Source: a virus
IMG/VR virus record: IMGVR_UViG_2799112330_000001
Location: 1 to 64,000 of that record
Direction: 5' to 3' (one strand)
Length of the DNA stretch: 64,000 nt
The number at the start of each line of letters is the position of its first letter. Position 1 is the first letter of the stretch. The notes beneath the pieces are model-generated. The model saw nothing but the letters and a program-made list of their open reading frames with translations. It was not told where the DNA came from and made no database searches. Of the stretch, positions 32,513 through 43,200 are shown piece after piece. Made by a program: the position numbers and the translations under genes.

Positions 32513-33556
32513 ATGATAATAACAAAACCAAACGTAGAATTGTGGATACCACAATCTGAAATTCAACATATTGCACGATGTGCAAGTGTATGTTATGGAA
32601 GTAAAGGAATTAGAATTCCAAATGATGTAAAAGATTCAGAATTAGTTAATAATCTAATAAATAATAATCATGTTTCTGTATTTAGACATTCTAGCGTATA
32701 TTATATTGTTCCTGCTACATATTTTTCAGAAGATGAATATAAATATTATACATTAATAGGATTAAAAAATAATCCTTATGTACATATACAATATTTTGAT
32801 GCTAGATATTTTATTTCTACTAACAAACAATGGGAAATGGAAAATAGTCTTCAAGCAGCAATGTTATCTCCTTATGTGGTAAATGAAAATACTTTTATAG
32901 AATTTAGTAAAAAAGATAAAGAAAATTTATTAAGAAGATTAACTTTTTGTATAACAACTCAAATAAGTACATCTCGCGAATTAAATCGTGTAAGTCCAAA
33001 TAATATTACTGAAGAATCAACAAGATTTTGTAATTATTCTAAAGACAAATATACAAATGATATAACAATAGTACAGCCTCATTGGATAGATTTATTTAAA
33101 GATTATGATTATGAATCTATTAAATATGACGGTAAAAACTTATTAGCGACTTGTGGTGATTTTACTTTAGATATTACATTAAATAAATTTCCTATAGAAA
33201 GTTATATATTGAATAGAAATATTTCAGCAAAAGCCGCTAAAAGATTTTTTGGAAAACTTCATAAAGAATGCACTCATTATTTAGAAACATTAAATGATGG
33301 CTTTGCTCCTCAAGATGCTAGAGAATTACTACCGTTATGTACAGCTACAACTGTAATTTATACATATACTGTAAAAGAATGGATTAGAATACTTGCATTA
33401 AGATATTATGGAGCAACTGGAGCTCCTCATCCAAATGCTAAAATAATAGCAGGATTAATAAGAAACGAATTGATAAAATTAGGATATAATGTTGATAAAT
33501 TAGTAAATACAATATTAAAATCTTTTTACAAAGAATCTTTATACAATGTATACTAA
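32513..33556 (+). CDS. ThyX (Thy1)-like flavin-dependent thymidylate synthase homolog, divergent
   Basis: 347 aa. HVSVFRHSSVYYIV resembles GH.S..EH.s.tf.i, and STSRELNRVSPNNITEESTRF occupies the place of SR...RHR..S..q.SqRY. The C-terminal segment is EWIRILALRYYG. The canonical RHR reads NRV here. Confidence 0.5.
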   Translation: MIITKPNVELWIPQSEIQHIARCASVCYGSKGIRIPNDVKDSELVNNLINNNHVSVFRHSSVYYIVPATYFSEDEYKYYTLIGLKNNPYVHIQYFDARYFISTNKQWEMENSLQAAMLSPYVVNENTFIEFSKKDKENLLRRLTFCITTQISTSRELNRVSPNNITEESTRFCNYSKDKYTNDITIVQPHWIDLFKDYDYESIKYDGKNLLATCGDFTLDITLNKFPIESYILNRNISAKAAKRFFGKLHKECTHYLETLNDGFAPQDARELLPLCTATTVIYTYTVKEWIRILALRYYGATGAPHPNAKIIAGLIRNELIKLGYNVDKLVNTILKSFYKESLYNVY

Positions 33557-33812
33557 ATTTAAAGATATAAGTGGAGTTATAGTTAAAGTAACGACACAAC
33601 AATATGCTGTAGGATTGTACGTTTTTACAACTATAGGAGATAAAATAAGCCAATTTGGTTCTGATGTAAAAGAAAGAGATTTTCATATAAATATAAGAAA
33701 GAAATGTTTAAATACTGGAGGTGTATTATTAGATGGTACTATAATACAATATAAAGGAAAACTTAATATTAATAAATTTGAAGAAAGAATAACTGATATA
33801 GTTCAAAATTAA
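33546..33812 (+). CDS. hypothetical protein
   Basis: 88-aa ORF. Confidence 0.65.
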   Translation: MYTKFKDISGVIVKVTTQQYAVGLYVFTTIGDKISQFGSDVKERDFHINIRKKCLNTGGVLLDGTIIQYKGKLNINKFEERITDIVQN

Positions 33813-33819
33813 ATAATCA

Positions 33820-33837
33820 TTTCCCTCTACAGGGAAA
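33820..33837. repeat. dispersed motif copy (TTTCCCTCTACAGGGAAA)
   Basis: Intergenic, ending 16 nt upstream of the ATG at 33853. Confidence 0.7.
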
Positions 33838-33852
33838 CAATAATAAACAATT

Positions 33853-34626
33853 ATGGAAAGTTTATATAATATAGAGCAAGATATGATTGCTCTTTATGAT
33901 AAAATTGAAGAACAAGGAGGTGAAATACTTCCTGAAGATGAACAAGCTCTTGCCATTAATCATGAAAATTTCATGAATAAAATGGAAGGTTATAATCATT
34001 ATTTACATAAACTTGATAATGATATTTCTGCATGTAAAGCAGAAGAAGATAGAATTAAAGCTCTTCGTAAAGGAATGGAATCGCGAAGAGATACTGCTAA
34101 AAAGAATGTATTAACTGCTGTACAAAACTTTGGAGTACCTACTAAAACTGGTGGATATGCAGTAGAGTTTGCTACATTTAAATTTAGTACTAGGCGTTCA
34201 GAATCTGTAGTTGAAGATGAAAAACGTTTAGAATATTTAAACAAAGAATTAAATAGATTTATATATAGTTTATATGATAATGGAATGCTTAATCCTGATA
34301 TAAATTGGGATTTACAAGGATTATGTGATTCAATTAATGCAAATATAAAAGCAGAAATGGAATCAGATGGTTGTGGTCATTTATATATTCCATTTACTCC
34401 AACTGATTTAGATTTAATTAATATTGATGTAAAATCTTCTTGTAAATTATCTTCTTTATTTAAAATTGATAATGGTATGGCACAAGTATTGTGTAAAGGA
34501 GCAACACTTTCTGCTGAATTAAGTATTGATAAAACAACTGCTAAAAATTATTTAAAAGCAACACAAGACGTTAACGTTATTAGTTGCTGTCATAAAGAAG
34601 TTAATTATAGTCTTCAAATGAAATAA
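33853..34626 (+). CDS. Gp157-like protein (siphovirus Gp157 family pattern)
   Basis: The N-terminus, ESLYNIEQDMIALYDKIEEQGGEILPEDEQALAINHENFMNKMEGYNHYLHKLDNDISACKAEEDRIKALRK, follows the Gp157 family layout. This is recognised by pattern only. Confidence 0.45.
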   Translation: MESLYNIEQDMIALYDKIEEQGGEILPEDEQALAINHENFMNKMEGYNHYLHKLDNDISACKAEEDRIKALRKGMESRRDTAKKNVLTAVQNFGVPTKTGGYAVEFATFKFSTRRSESVVEDEKRLEYLNKELNRFIYSLYDNGMLNPDINWDLQGLCDSINANIKAEMESDGCGHLYIPFTPTDLDLINIDVKSSCKLSSLFKIDNGMAQVLCKGATLSAELSIDKTTAKNYLKATQDVNVISCCHKEVNYSLQMK

Positions 34627-34629
34627 TAT

Positions 34630-35646
34630 ATGGATTTAAATATTTTTAAACCAGATGATTCAGATAGAGCTTTTATCGCTTATATTAAGAGAGAAGCTCT
34701 ATCTGGAATTACATGTCATCAAAACGGTGATGTAAAACAATATTGGTATGATTATTATAAAGCTTTAATGGAATTATGTAAAGCAAGTGCCGAATCTATT
34801 GTTAAAGACTCTTATGATTTTATATCTAATATTATATCAAAACAAGATTATTTGAGATATAATATACCTTTATATCCTATAGATATTACTAAAAATGATT
34901 TTGAAATTATTGATAATGAAATATTATGTCATCATAAAAGAAGTTTTGATTTAGTTTGGATTTCTGTTCATAAATTAACTGATGAAAAATCTATTTATTA
35001 TAGAAATGCTTATAGTTTACAAATTAAAAAAACTTTTGATTTTATTGAAAAAAAAGTTTATGATAAAAAACATAATGATTTACAATATACAATATTTATT
35101 TCAAAAGGTGGAGTAATTAATGGTGATTTTATAGATTTTATATTTATTCGCACAAAAGATTATGAAAAAGGTAATTTAAGATTAAATTTACCTATTAATA
35201 TTCCTGTTTGTGAAGTATTTTTTAAAGATAAAGATGATAATAAATCTCTTATTTATGCTGTAGATCATAGAGAACCAAATCTTAAATTATTAATGGAAAA
35301 ATATAATTGTCCTATTTGTAATAATACTGAAATAAAAGAATTAAAATTAAATTTAAGATATTGTACAAATGATATTAAGAAAACAAATTATGATAATATA
35401 ATTTTTAAACCTTTAAATTTAAATGAAAAAAATGATTATAGAGTTACTGAAGAAAATCAAAGATATGATTTACATTGTAAATTAGGAGTTATAGCAAGTA
35501 TAAAAGATGGTCATTTAACAGTATATTATAGTAAAATTAGATATAAGAAAATAGATCATACTTATTTTACTTGGTTTACAGGATATACACTTGACCAACT
35601 TAAAAGAATTTTAAATAGTAATAACCAAAATATAACATTCGTATAA
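34630..35646 (+). CDS. hypothetical protein
   Basis: 338-aa ORF with an internal CPICNN...YC pair. Confidence 0.75.
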   Translation: MDLNIFKPDDSDRAFIAYIKREALSGITCHQNGDVKQYWYDYYKALMELCKASAESIVKDSYDFISNIISKQDYLRYNIPLYPIDITKNDFEIIDNEILCHHKRSFDLVWISVHKLTDEKSIYYRNAYSLQIKKTFDFIEKKVYDKKHNDLQYTIFISKGGVINGDFIDFIFIRTKDYEKGNLRLNLPINIPVCEVFFKDKDDNKSLIYAVDHREPNLKLLMEKYNCPICNNTEIKELKLNLRYCTNDIKKTNYDNIIFKPLNLNEKNDYRVTEENQRYDLHCKLGVIASIKDGHLTVYYSKIRYKKIDHTYFTWFTGYTLDQLKRILNSNNQNITFV

Positions 35647-35648
35647 TT

Positions 35649-36689
35649 ATGGGATATTTAAAAAAAGGTCTTCCTTTTAGTTATAAAGGAACTATAGATG
35701 TTAGTGATTGTGTAACATCAGAAGATGTTATTAAAAAAGCAAAACTTGATTGGGAAGTTGCTAAATGTGAAATTGTTGCTAAAATGCCTATGAATTTAAA
35801 TCCAGATTCTAATAGAGATGGATTTAATTATGGAGGAATGCAATACACTCCTGTAGAAAGTATGTATGCTACTTATAGAACAGATTTAAATTTTCCTTTA
35901 GGTGTAGTAAAAGAAAAATATACTCCAGTGCAAAATATAGATGCTTTTAAATTCTTTGATGATGCTATTGGTAAAAATAAAGCAATATGGCAAACCGCAG
36001 GATTCTTTGGTAATGGAGAAAAAATATTTGTAACTGCAAAATTACCTCAAAATATATTTGTAAATGATGATATAATAGATAATTATTTAGTTTTTGCAAC
36101 TTCTCATGATGGAACTATGGGAGTTAAAATATTACTTACTCCTATTCGTGTAGTATGTGAAAATACATTAAATGCTGCATTACAAAATAACGATGCTTAT
36201 ATTTCTTTTAGACATACAGAAAGTGTTCATGGTAGAATTGATGCTGCAAAAGAAATATTAGGTATATGTGATGTAAAAATTAAAGCATTAAATGAATTAT
36301 ATCAAGGATTTAATAAAATTAAATTAACAGATACACAAGCTGCTGAATATTTTGCTAAATTAATTTTAAGTAAATCTGAATATGATAATTTATATCTAAC
36401 TGGACATAATGCAATGCAACTTGTATTACGTAGTTCTAGTGCTATGTCTGATGCAGAAATTAGTACACGTAAATGTAATGTTATTGCAGAATTATATTAT
36501 TATTATCTTAATGGAATAGGTCAAGAACAATTTAGAGGAACTGGTTGGGGAGTATATAATGCAGTAAATGGATATTATTCTAATGTAGATAATATTGATG
36601 GTGTTAAACGAATGGATAGTCTGTTGTTTGGTGATAAGGCTAACAAAATTAAACAGAGCGGTGCTTTATTATTACAACTTGCTTCTTAA
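35649..36689 (+). CDS. DUF932 / phage-plasmid-like protein
   Basis: FATSHDGTMGVKILLTPIRVVCENTLNAAL matches the conserved DUF932 core (nShDGs ... R.vC.Ntl). Confidence 0.65.
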   Translation: MGYLKKGLPFSYKGTIDVSDCVTSEDVIKKAKLDWEVAKCEIVAKMPMNLNPDSNRDGFNYGGMQYTPVESMYATYRTDLNFPLGVVKEKYTPVQNIDAFKFFDDAIGKNKAIWQTAGFFGNGEKIFVTAKLPQNIFVNDDIIDNYLVFATSHDGTMGVKILLTPIRVVCENTLNAALQNNDAYISFRHTESVHGRIDAAKEILGICDVKIKALNELYQGFNKIKLTDTQAAEYFAKLILSKSEYDNLYLTGHNAMQLVLRSSSAMSDAEISTRKCNVIAELYYYYLNGIGQEQFRGTGWGVYNAVNGYYSNVDNIDGVKRMDSLLFGDKANKIKQSGALLLQLAS

Positions 36690-36723
36690 TATGATTAATC
36701 ACACTACGAGGATTCAATTATAG

Positions 36724-36738
36724 TTCCCCTGTAGAATG
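36724..36738. repeat. dispersed motif copy (TTCCCCTGTAGAATG)
   Basis: Intergenic, ending 30 nt upstream of the ATG at 36768. The 3' arm is degenerate. Confidence 0.55.
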
Positions 36739-36767
36739 ATTGATAATATCTTCAAACATATTTTATT

Positions 36768-37079
36768 ATGAATACAACAATAATTGTTATTTGTTTTATA
36801 ATAACATGGGTTATTATATTATTATTGTTTATTACTACTCATTATAATACTACAGAAAGACTTCGTTCTATACGTCATTATGTTGCTAATTATTCTGATA
36901 ATTATAGTTATTTTGAAAAAATTAAAAAGCAATATGAGACTTTAACAAAGAATATAGAATGTTTAAATAAAAAGATTGATAAATATATTGATAAAGTAGA
37001 AATTAATAAAGATTATTATCATAAGACAGCACAAAATAACGAAAATACAGCCTCTTTGAAGGACTCTAAATCAAAATAA
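36768..37079 (+). CDS. membrane protein (single N-terminal TMD)
   Basis: 103 aa with the TMD TIIVICFIITWVIILLLFITT. It is the last gene of the plus-strand block. Confidence 0.7.
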   Translation: MNTTIIVICFIITWVIILLLFITTHYNTTERLRSIRHYVANYSDNYSYFEKIKKQYETLTKNIECLNKKIDKYIDKVEINKDYYHKTAQNNENTASLKDSKSK

Positions 37080-37114
37080 TACATTTATACTATTTCGATA
37101 ATAAAGTCGTGTAT

Positions 37115-37133
37115 AAAGCTAAAAATAGCTTTT
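37115..37133. repeat. AAAGCTA-N5-TAGCTTT palindrome element, copy C
   Basis: aaagctaaaaatagctttt, followed by aaaatttatatcgatttgct. Confidence 0.6.
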
Positions 37134-37201
37134 AAAACGAAAAATTTATATCGATTTGCTATACAAAAACGGACTATAAATAGTCTACTATCAACAAAAT
37201 T

Positions 37202-37246
37202 GGCTCTTGCAGTACCTTTTCGGGTATTTGCAAGAGCCTTTTTTTT
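37202..37246. terminator. bidirectional terminator at the convergence of plus and minus blocks
   Basis: GGCTCTTGCA..GTACC (37202-37216) pairs with GGTA..TGCAAGAGCC (37223-37238). T8 follows on the plus strand, and a T-rich run follows on the minus strand. Confidence 0.75.
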
Positions 37247-37276
37247 ATTAATTTATTTGTTACAGATTATACCAGA

Positions 37277-40200
37277 TTATTCTTTTAATGATTTACCTAT
37301 TTCACGAAGACCAGCTTGAGCTTTAGAATTACCTGTACCACCATTATAATAACTATTTCTAGCACCCATATTAAGAATATTTTTATAAATACGATACACA
37401 GGAATATTTCGTGTAGCAAGTACTTCAAGTTTATATCTTCCTTTATATTGACCTGTAGTATATTTTGGATTAAAATCATCATTAAATAAAATTTCACTTA
37501 ATATTTCAAAACCTTTCATAATATCTTTAATATTGCTACTTCCAGCAACTGGACTAGCCCACAAAGAATCAAATTCAGAAATCATACCTGTAGGTAAATA
37601 CATATAAGCTTCAGAGAACATACGATTAGCAGTATAAAGAGTATTCGCTAATAATAAATCATCTTTAAAATCTTCATCATCCCACATAGCATACATTCCA
37701 ATAACTAATAATGCTGTACCAATAATTCCAGCAATATCACCTATTGCTCTAAGAATATTTCTTTGTTCCCAAGCAGGTAATAAATTCCAATTTAATGAAA
37801 TATGTGTAATAGTAGCAATAAATGCATGAGCAATATTTTGTAAAGATTCTAATGCAGAAATATCTGTATCAACAATATTACCGTTTTCATCAATTATTTG
37901 TTTTTTCTTTAAATCTAAATTTCTAAATTCTGTAGATAAAAATCTTAATAAAGAAGTATAACTACCCATTTCAACACCTTCAAGAAGTTCATTATAATAT
38001 CCACCTCCACCAAATATTCCACGATATCTTTTCATAATACCAGGATAAATATGTTTGTGATATTGCATTACTAATGAACCCCAAAATTCATTTTCAATAG
38101 TAGCTCTTCCTAATTTATCATATACACCATGAATCTTTTTATTAACATATATAATTCGTCTTGTAAATTCTTTAAAAGTAGTATTTCCTATAGTACTATC
38201 TAATTCTCCAGTTGAAGGATTTATATTAAGTTTAGAATCATGTTTTATTCTAGTAACTCCACGACCATCTCCATTTTTGTTAAGTTTAAATTCAAATTGA
38301 TCAATAAGTCTATCTTTAGTTTCAAATTCTTTTTTAGCTTTTTCTATAGCTGATTTTCTTCTTTTAATATATTCATTTGCTAATTTAGAATTATCATTTG
38401 CTTGTCTAGTTATTAACTGTATAAAATCCATACATATATCTTTTTTAAACGTATCATAATCATATTGAACTTTTTTATCTTTCTTTATATTTTTAATATA
38501 ATTATTAAATAATGTAATTATAGAAGTACTATTAATTTTATATGAATCTCCCCATTCTGTTATAATTTCTTTTAAAGTTTCTATTTCTATATCTCTCATA
38601 TAATCATTTATATTTCCAATTCTATATCCTCCATTTCCATCTTCATAAATTCTAGCATCTTCAATCATAGCGAGAGCTGCTGTATTTTGCATAAAATGTT
38701 CACCCATACTATTAGGACTAAATAAAAAATCATTTAATCTTCTAGCAAATTCAACAGCTGTCGCAGATTTAACAAGTTCTCCATTTATTTCATCATAATC
38801 TACTGCATTTATTAATTTTATTAATCCATTAGTAAAACTACTAGCGTCGTCATAATACATATCAGCAATTGCAGATAATACATTTGCTCCATATTTAGCT
38901 TCTGCTTTCCACCATGCTTTATTACTAAAATATTCTCCTGCAAATCGCTCTGCTAAAATATTAACTAAACCTGTACTTACGTTAGCAATACCACCATGTA
39001 TATTTAACATCATATATTTAGAACTTGTAAATCCTTGTAACAAATTAGCAGCACCAGTTAATTTATGTTGTTTTTTATATTCATCATATATAACTCTTCT
39101 AGCAAATGTTTGCATAATTTTAAAAGCATGTTCTTGTTTTTCAGTTAAATATTTTATCATTTCAGGATTATTGCTAGAATTTTTATTAACAATAGGTTTA
39201 CCTGTAATACGATTTCCTTTTATGGCGTCATTTTCTAATAAATCTTCTAATAAAAGATAAAGACTATTTTTTGCTTTATTTCTGGCTAAATAATTTTCTC
39301 CATTTAAAACTAATTGACTATATACTTCTCTCCAATTACGATTTAACATTGCACTATCTAACTCTAAATTATTTTTATGTATTTCTTCATTTTCTTTTTT
39401 AATATCATTTAAATATTTACTATATTGTTCGTCTGTCTCTCCTTCATTTCTAGGTCTTGCTTTAACTCTCTCTTTATATCCTTCATTTTTCAACAATTCA
39501 AACATTTGAAAATCTGGATCAGAATCATATAAATATCCAATTTCTTCATGCCATTTATCATTAGCAGAACTTCTATAATTTACACCTAATATATCTAATA
39601 CAACATTTCTTCTAAATTTTTTATCAGCTCTATGTTCCATTAATCTCGGAGCATAAGTATCAGCAAAACTTCTTTGTCCATTATTAATAACATATTTTCT
39701 TGCTGTATTTATTAAAAAATTAAGCATTTTTATTTCATTATCGTTTAAATTAGCTTTTGAATATTTTTCATTTATATATTTTTTATCAGCAGTATCTTCT
39801 TTAAAATGAGAGCCATAAGTTTTATAATTTGGATTTCTATAGTCAACTTCATCATCATGCCTCGGATTTCTTTCACTATTATCAAATGTTGGAATATATT
39901 CATATTTGTTTCTACTTACTTCATTTTTAATTCTCATATTAGACCAAATAGGTATAGTTTCATATCGTTTAGTAAATTGATTATAAATATGATTTGCTTC
40001 AAACCATTCTTCAAAAGCTCCATTGTTAACCGCATTATCCCAAGCTTCTTTATAATATTCATTTGTTACATATTCAATATTTTCATCAATAAAATTTCTT
40101 GCAGCAGTTTTTTCTTTATCTATATATTTATCTTTTTGAGATTCAATAGGAGATCTATATCCATAAAATAAATATTCAGGCACATATGTATTATCTTCCA

Positions 40201-43200
40201 TAACTAAATCACCAGTTTCACTATCATGTTCAACGAACATTTGTAACCATATTGCAAATTTTGCAGGTTCAGATGTTTGAAAATGAGATTTAACAGTTAA
40301 ATAATCTGCTTTAAAAGATTCATTATCTGTAACTTTTTCAGTAAGCGCTTTAAGTCTATTTCTTATATCTTTTGGTAATTTTTTACCTTTTATTTCTCTA
40401 AGTTCATTTATTTTATCTCTTAAATTTCTTAATTCTTCTATATTCAAATGACTTAATAATAATATCATATCTATACCTTTAGAAGTAACAGCATTTGCAT
40501 TAACAAATATTTTATTTATTTCTTTAATTTTTTCTAATTTATCAGCATTTTGAGAAAAATGTTCTCCACCATACACATCTAAATAAAATTTATCTTTATA
40601 AATAGGTTTTTTAAATCTAACTTGATTTATTAAAGCATCATCACTTAATATAGAAGCATTAGAGCGCAATTTAGAATTTTCCATAGCATTTTTAATACCA
40701 CGTTGTTGTTCTAATGATAATTTTCTTCCATCAATTCTACCAAATTCATCAACAAAACCATTACGTTTACACCAAATAGTAATATTTTTAAAAGTAGAAT
40801 GTTTACTTCCTCTTAAAATTTCATAATTTTTAGAAATTTCTTTTAATGTTTTTTCATTTATACTATATATAGAATTTTTATTTACCCATACATATGCTTC
40901 TTTATAAGAAGGATTTTCTAATTTAGCATTTAAAGAAAGTCCTGGATGAAGTTTATCAAATTCAGAAATAATATCTAAATAATGACGAATAGTTTTAACC
41001 CATGAATCAGTAGGCTCATATTCTTTATATTTAGAATTTATTTCTTTTAACGATTTTATATAATGATTAAGTATTTGTGCTTGTCTATCGATATAAATAT
41101 TATCAGACGACATCGAAATTATTTCTCCATCTTCAGTTGTATCAAATTCACCTTTAGTTTCTTGTGTTAATTCAGATAATCTAGAATGTATTTCTTTAAT
41201 TCTTTTTATATCACTTTCTGTCATAGCAGAAGCATCATATGTAAACCCAGATAATTCATCTTTAAGTTTATTATATTCAATAAAATAATTAATAGCATTT
41301 TCTCCATTTATAGTTTCATCACCATATAAAATTCTTCTAGTAGCTTCATTTATAGCATCATAATATTCTTTTACTAAAAGTTGTTCAACATTTTTAGCAA
41401 ACCATTCATCTCTTTCTAATTTTGCTTTTAACGCTTGTTCTGAATATTTACCATATTTAGCCATTGCTTCTATATAATTATCTATAACAGTTTGTTTATC
41501 TTCAAAATATTTATCATTATATTTTTGTATATATTTTCCATGTTCATCTATAATTTTATTCATATCTATATTTCCAGATTTCATTATATTATCATATTTT
41601 TCTTGAAATTCTCTAACTGCATCTGGAGCTTCAATATCTCTAACTCTATCTATAATACCATAAACAAGTTTTAAAACTGTTTGTATTTGTTTATTATTTG
41701 TAAATCCTGCATCAGCAATTTGTAAATCAAACCAATTTATATCACCAAACTGAGTACGAAGTTTTATTAAATCATGTCTAATTAATGGATTATTTGAATA
41801 TTTTTTAGCAATATAAATATTAAATATATTACTAATCGCTCCATTTTCACCATTAAGAAGATTATTATTTCTAATTAAATTTATAGACTTTCTTATAGTT
41901 TCTATACTTTTATTAATAATTTCATCCTCTACTTCAACGTCTAAACTAAATACTTCACCTATATCTCTACCAAAATTTTTAGCATTGAGAATTAACGCAA
42001 TCAAATCATCATAATATTCAGGATATTTTAATAATTCTTCATATAAATTTGGATTACCAATATTAAAATCTTTTTTATTTTCTCCTTCACCTATAACATA
42101 ATGTTTCATTCTATCTAAAAGAAGATTTGCTTCTTGTTCATAATATGAAGCTGCAGAAACAAATATATTTCTTTTATTTTTTATAACAGAATCTTTATCA
42201 TCTACAATTAATTCACCAGTAGAAACTTTTCTAGCAAATCTTTGTATTATACTATTATCTGAACGTTTTGAGCGATTATACATTCTTTTTGCTAATTCTC
42301 CAGCAAATTTATCTATAGGTTCAACTTTTGAGTCTAAAGGCCTACTTACATCATCTTCATCTATAAGTAAATTAGTTACAGCTGCTTTAATTTTTCTTTC
42401 ATTATCTTCTTCTTTAACAGCTTCATTTAATTCCTCATCAGTTTTATATCCAATTTCTACACTCAATAACATATGTTTATCAGCAAATTTATTTTTAAAT
42501 AAATAATCTATTAAATTATCTTCAGCTTTATTAGAGGTATATTTTTTCTTACCACTTATAGCATTATCTCTTAAAATTCTTTTAAGACTTTCTAAGTTTT
42601 TACGTTTATAAGGTTTTATTATTATTGTATGAAGTTCTCCATCAACAAGTATATCTTGAATTATAGAAGTATTTTCTTTAAATAAATTCATTAAATAAGG
42701 ATTTAAAGTTGCAGCAACAGTATATTTCTTTATATCATCTCCTTCTACAGGGGTTTTAATAAAATCAGTTATTTGTTCAATAAACATTTCTATTCCTTTT
42801 TTAGAACTTTCATCTCCTTTTTCTCCATTTAATATTTGTTGAAATTCATCATTTTCCATTTTTTCAGCAGCATAAACAGGAATTTTATAATTTTCTACTT
42901 TATCTTCAGCTGTCGCTCTATTTTCATATTTATATTTATCTAAATCTACAGTAGGTAATACTTTTATAATATCTTTAAATTGAGTTTCATAATACTCGTG
43001 TTTATATAAAGGATTATTCTCTTCTTTTACAGAATAATCATTATATTCATTTTCTTCTAATATTCCAATAGGATATAAATATATTCCATATAAAGCATTT
43101 TCTATTTCTATTCTTTCTACTTTATATAATTCAATTTTATCATTCTTTGATTTTATTTTTACAAATCCTTTAGTTTGATCAGAACCTAAAATTTTCTTTA

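Noticed and set aside
18075-34244. Antisense or out-of-frame track ORFs within replication genes: 18075-18320, 19657-19839, 24951-25232, 25030-25257, 25653-25871, 25875-26138, 27202-27384, 28323-28652, 33438-33686 and 33999-34244.
   Set aside because: All are embedded in longer ORFs that carry clear enzymatic motifs or better composition. There are no independent signals.
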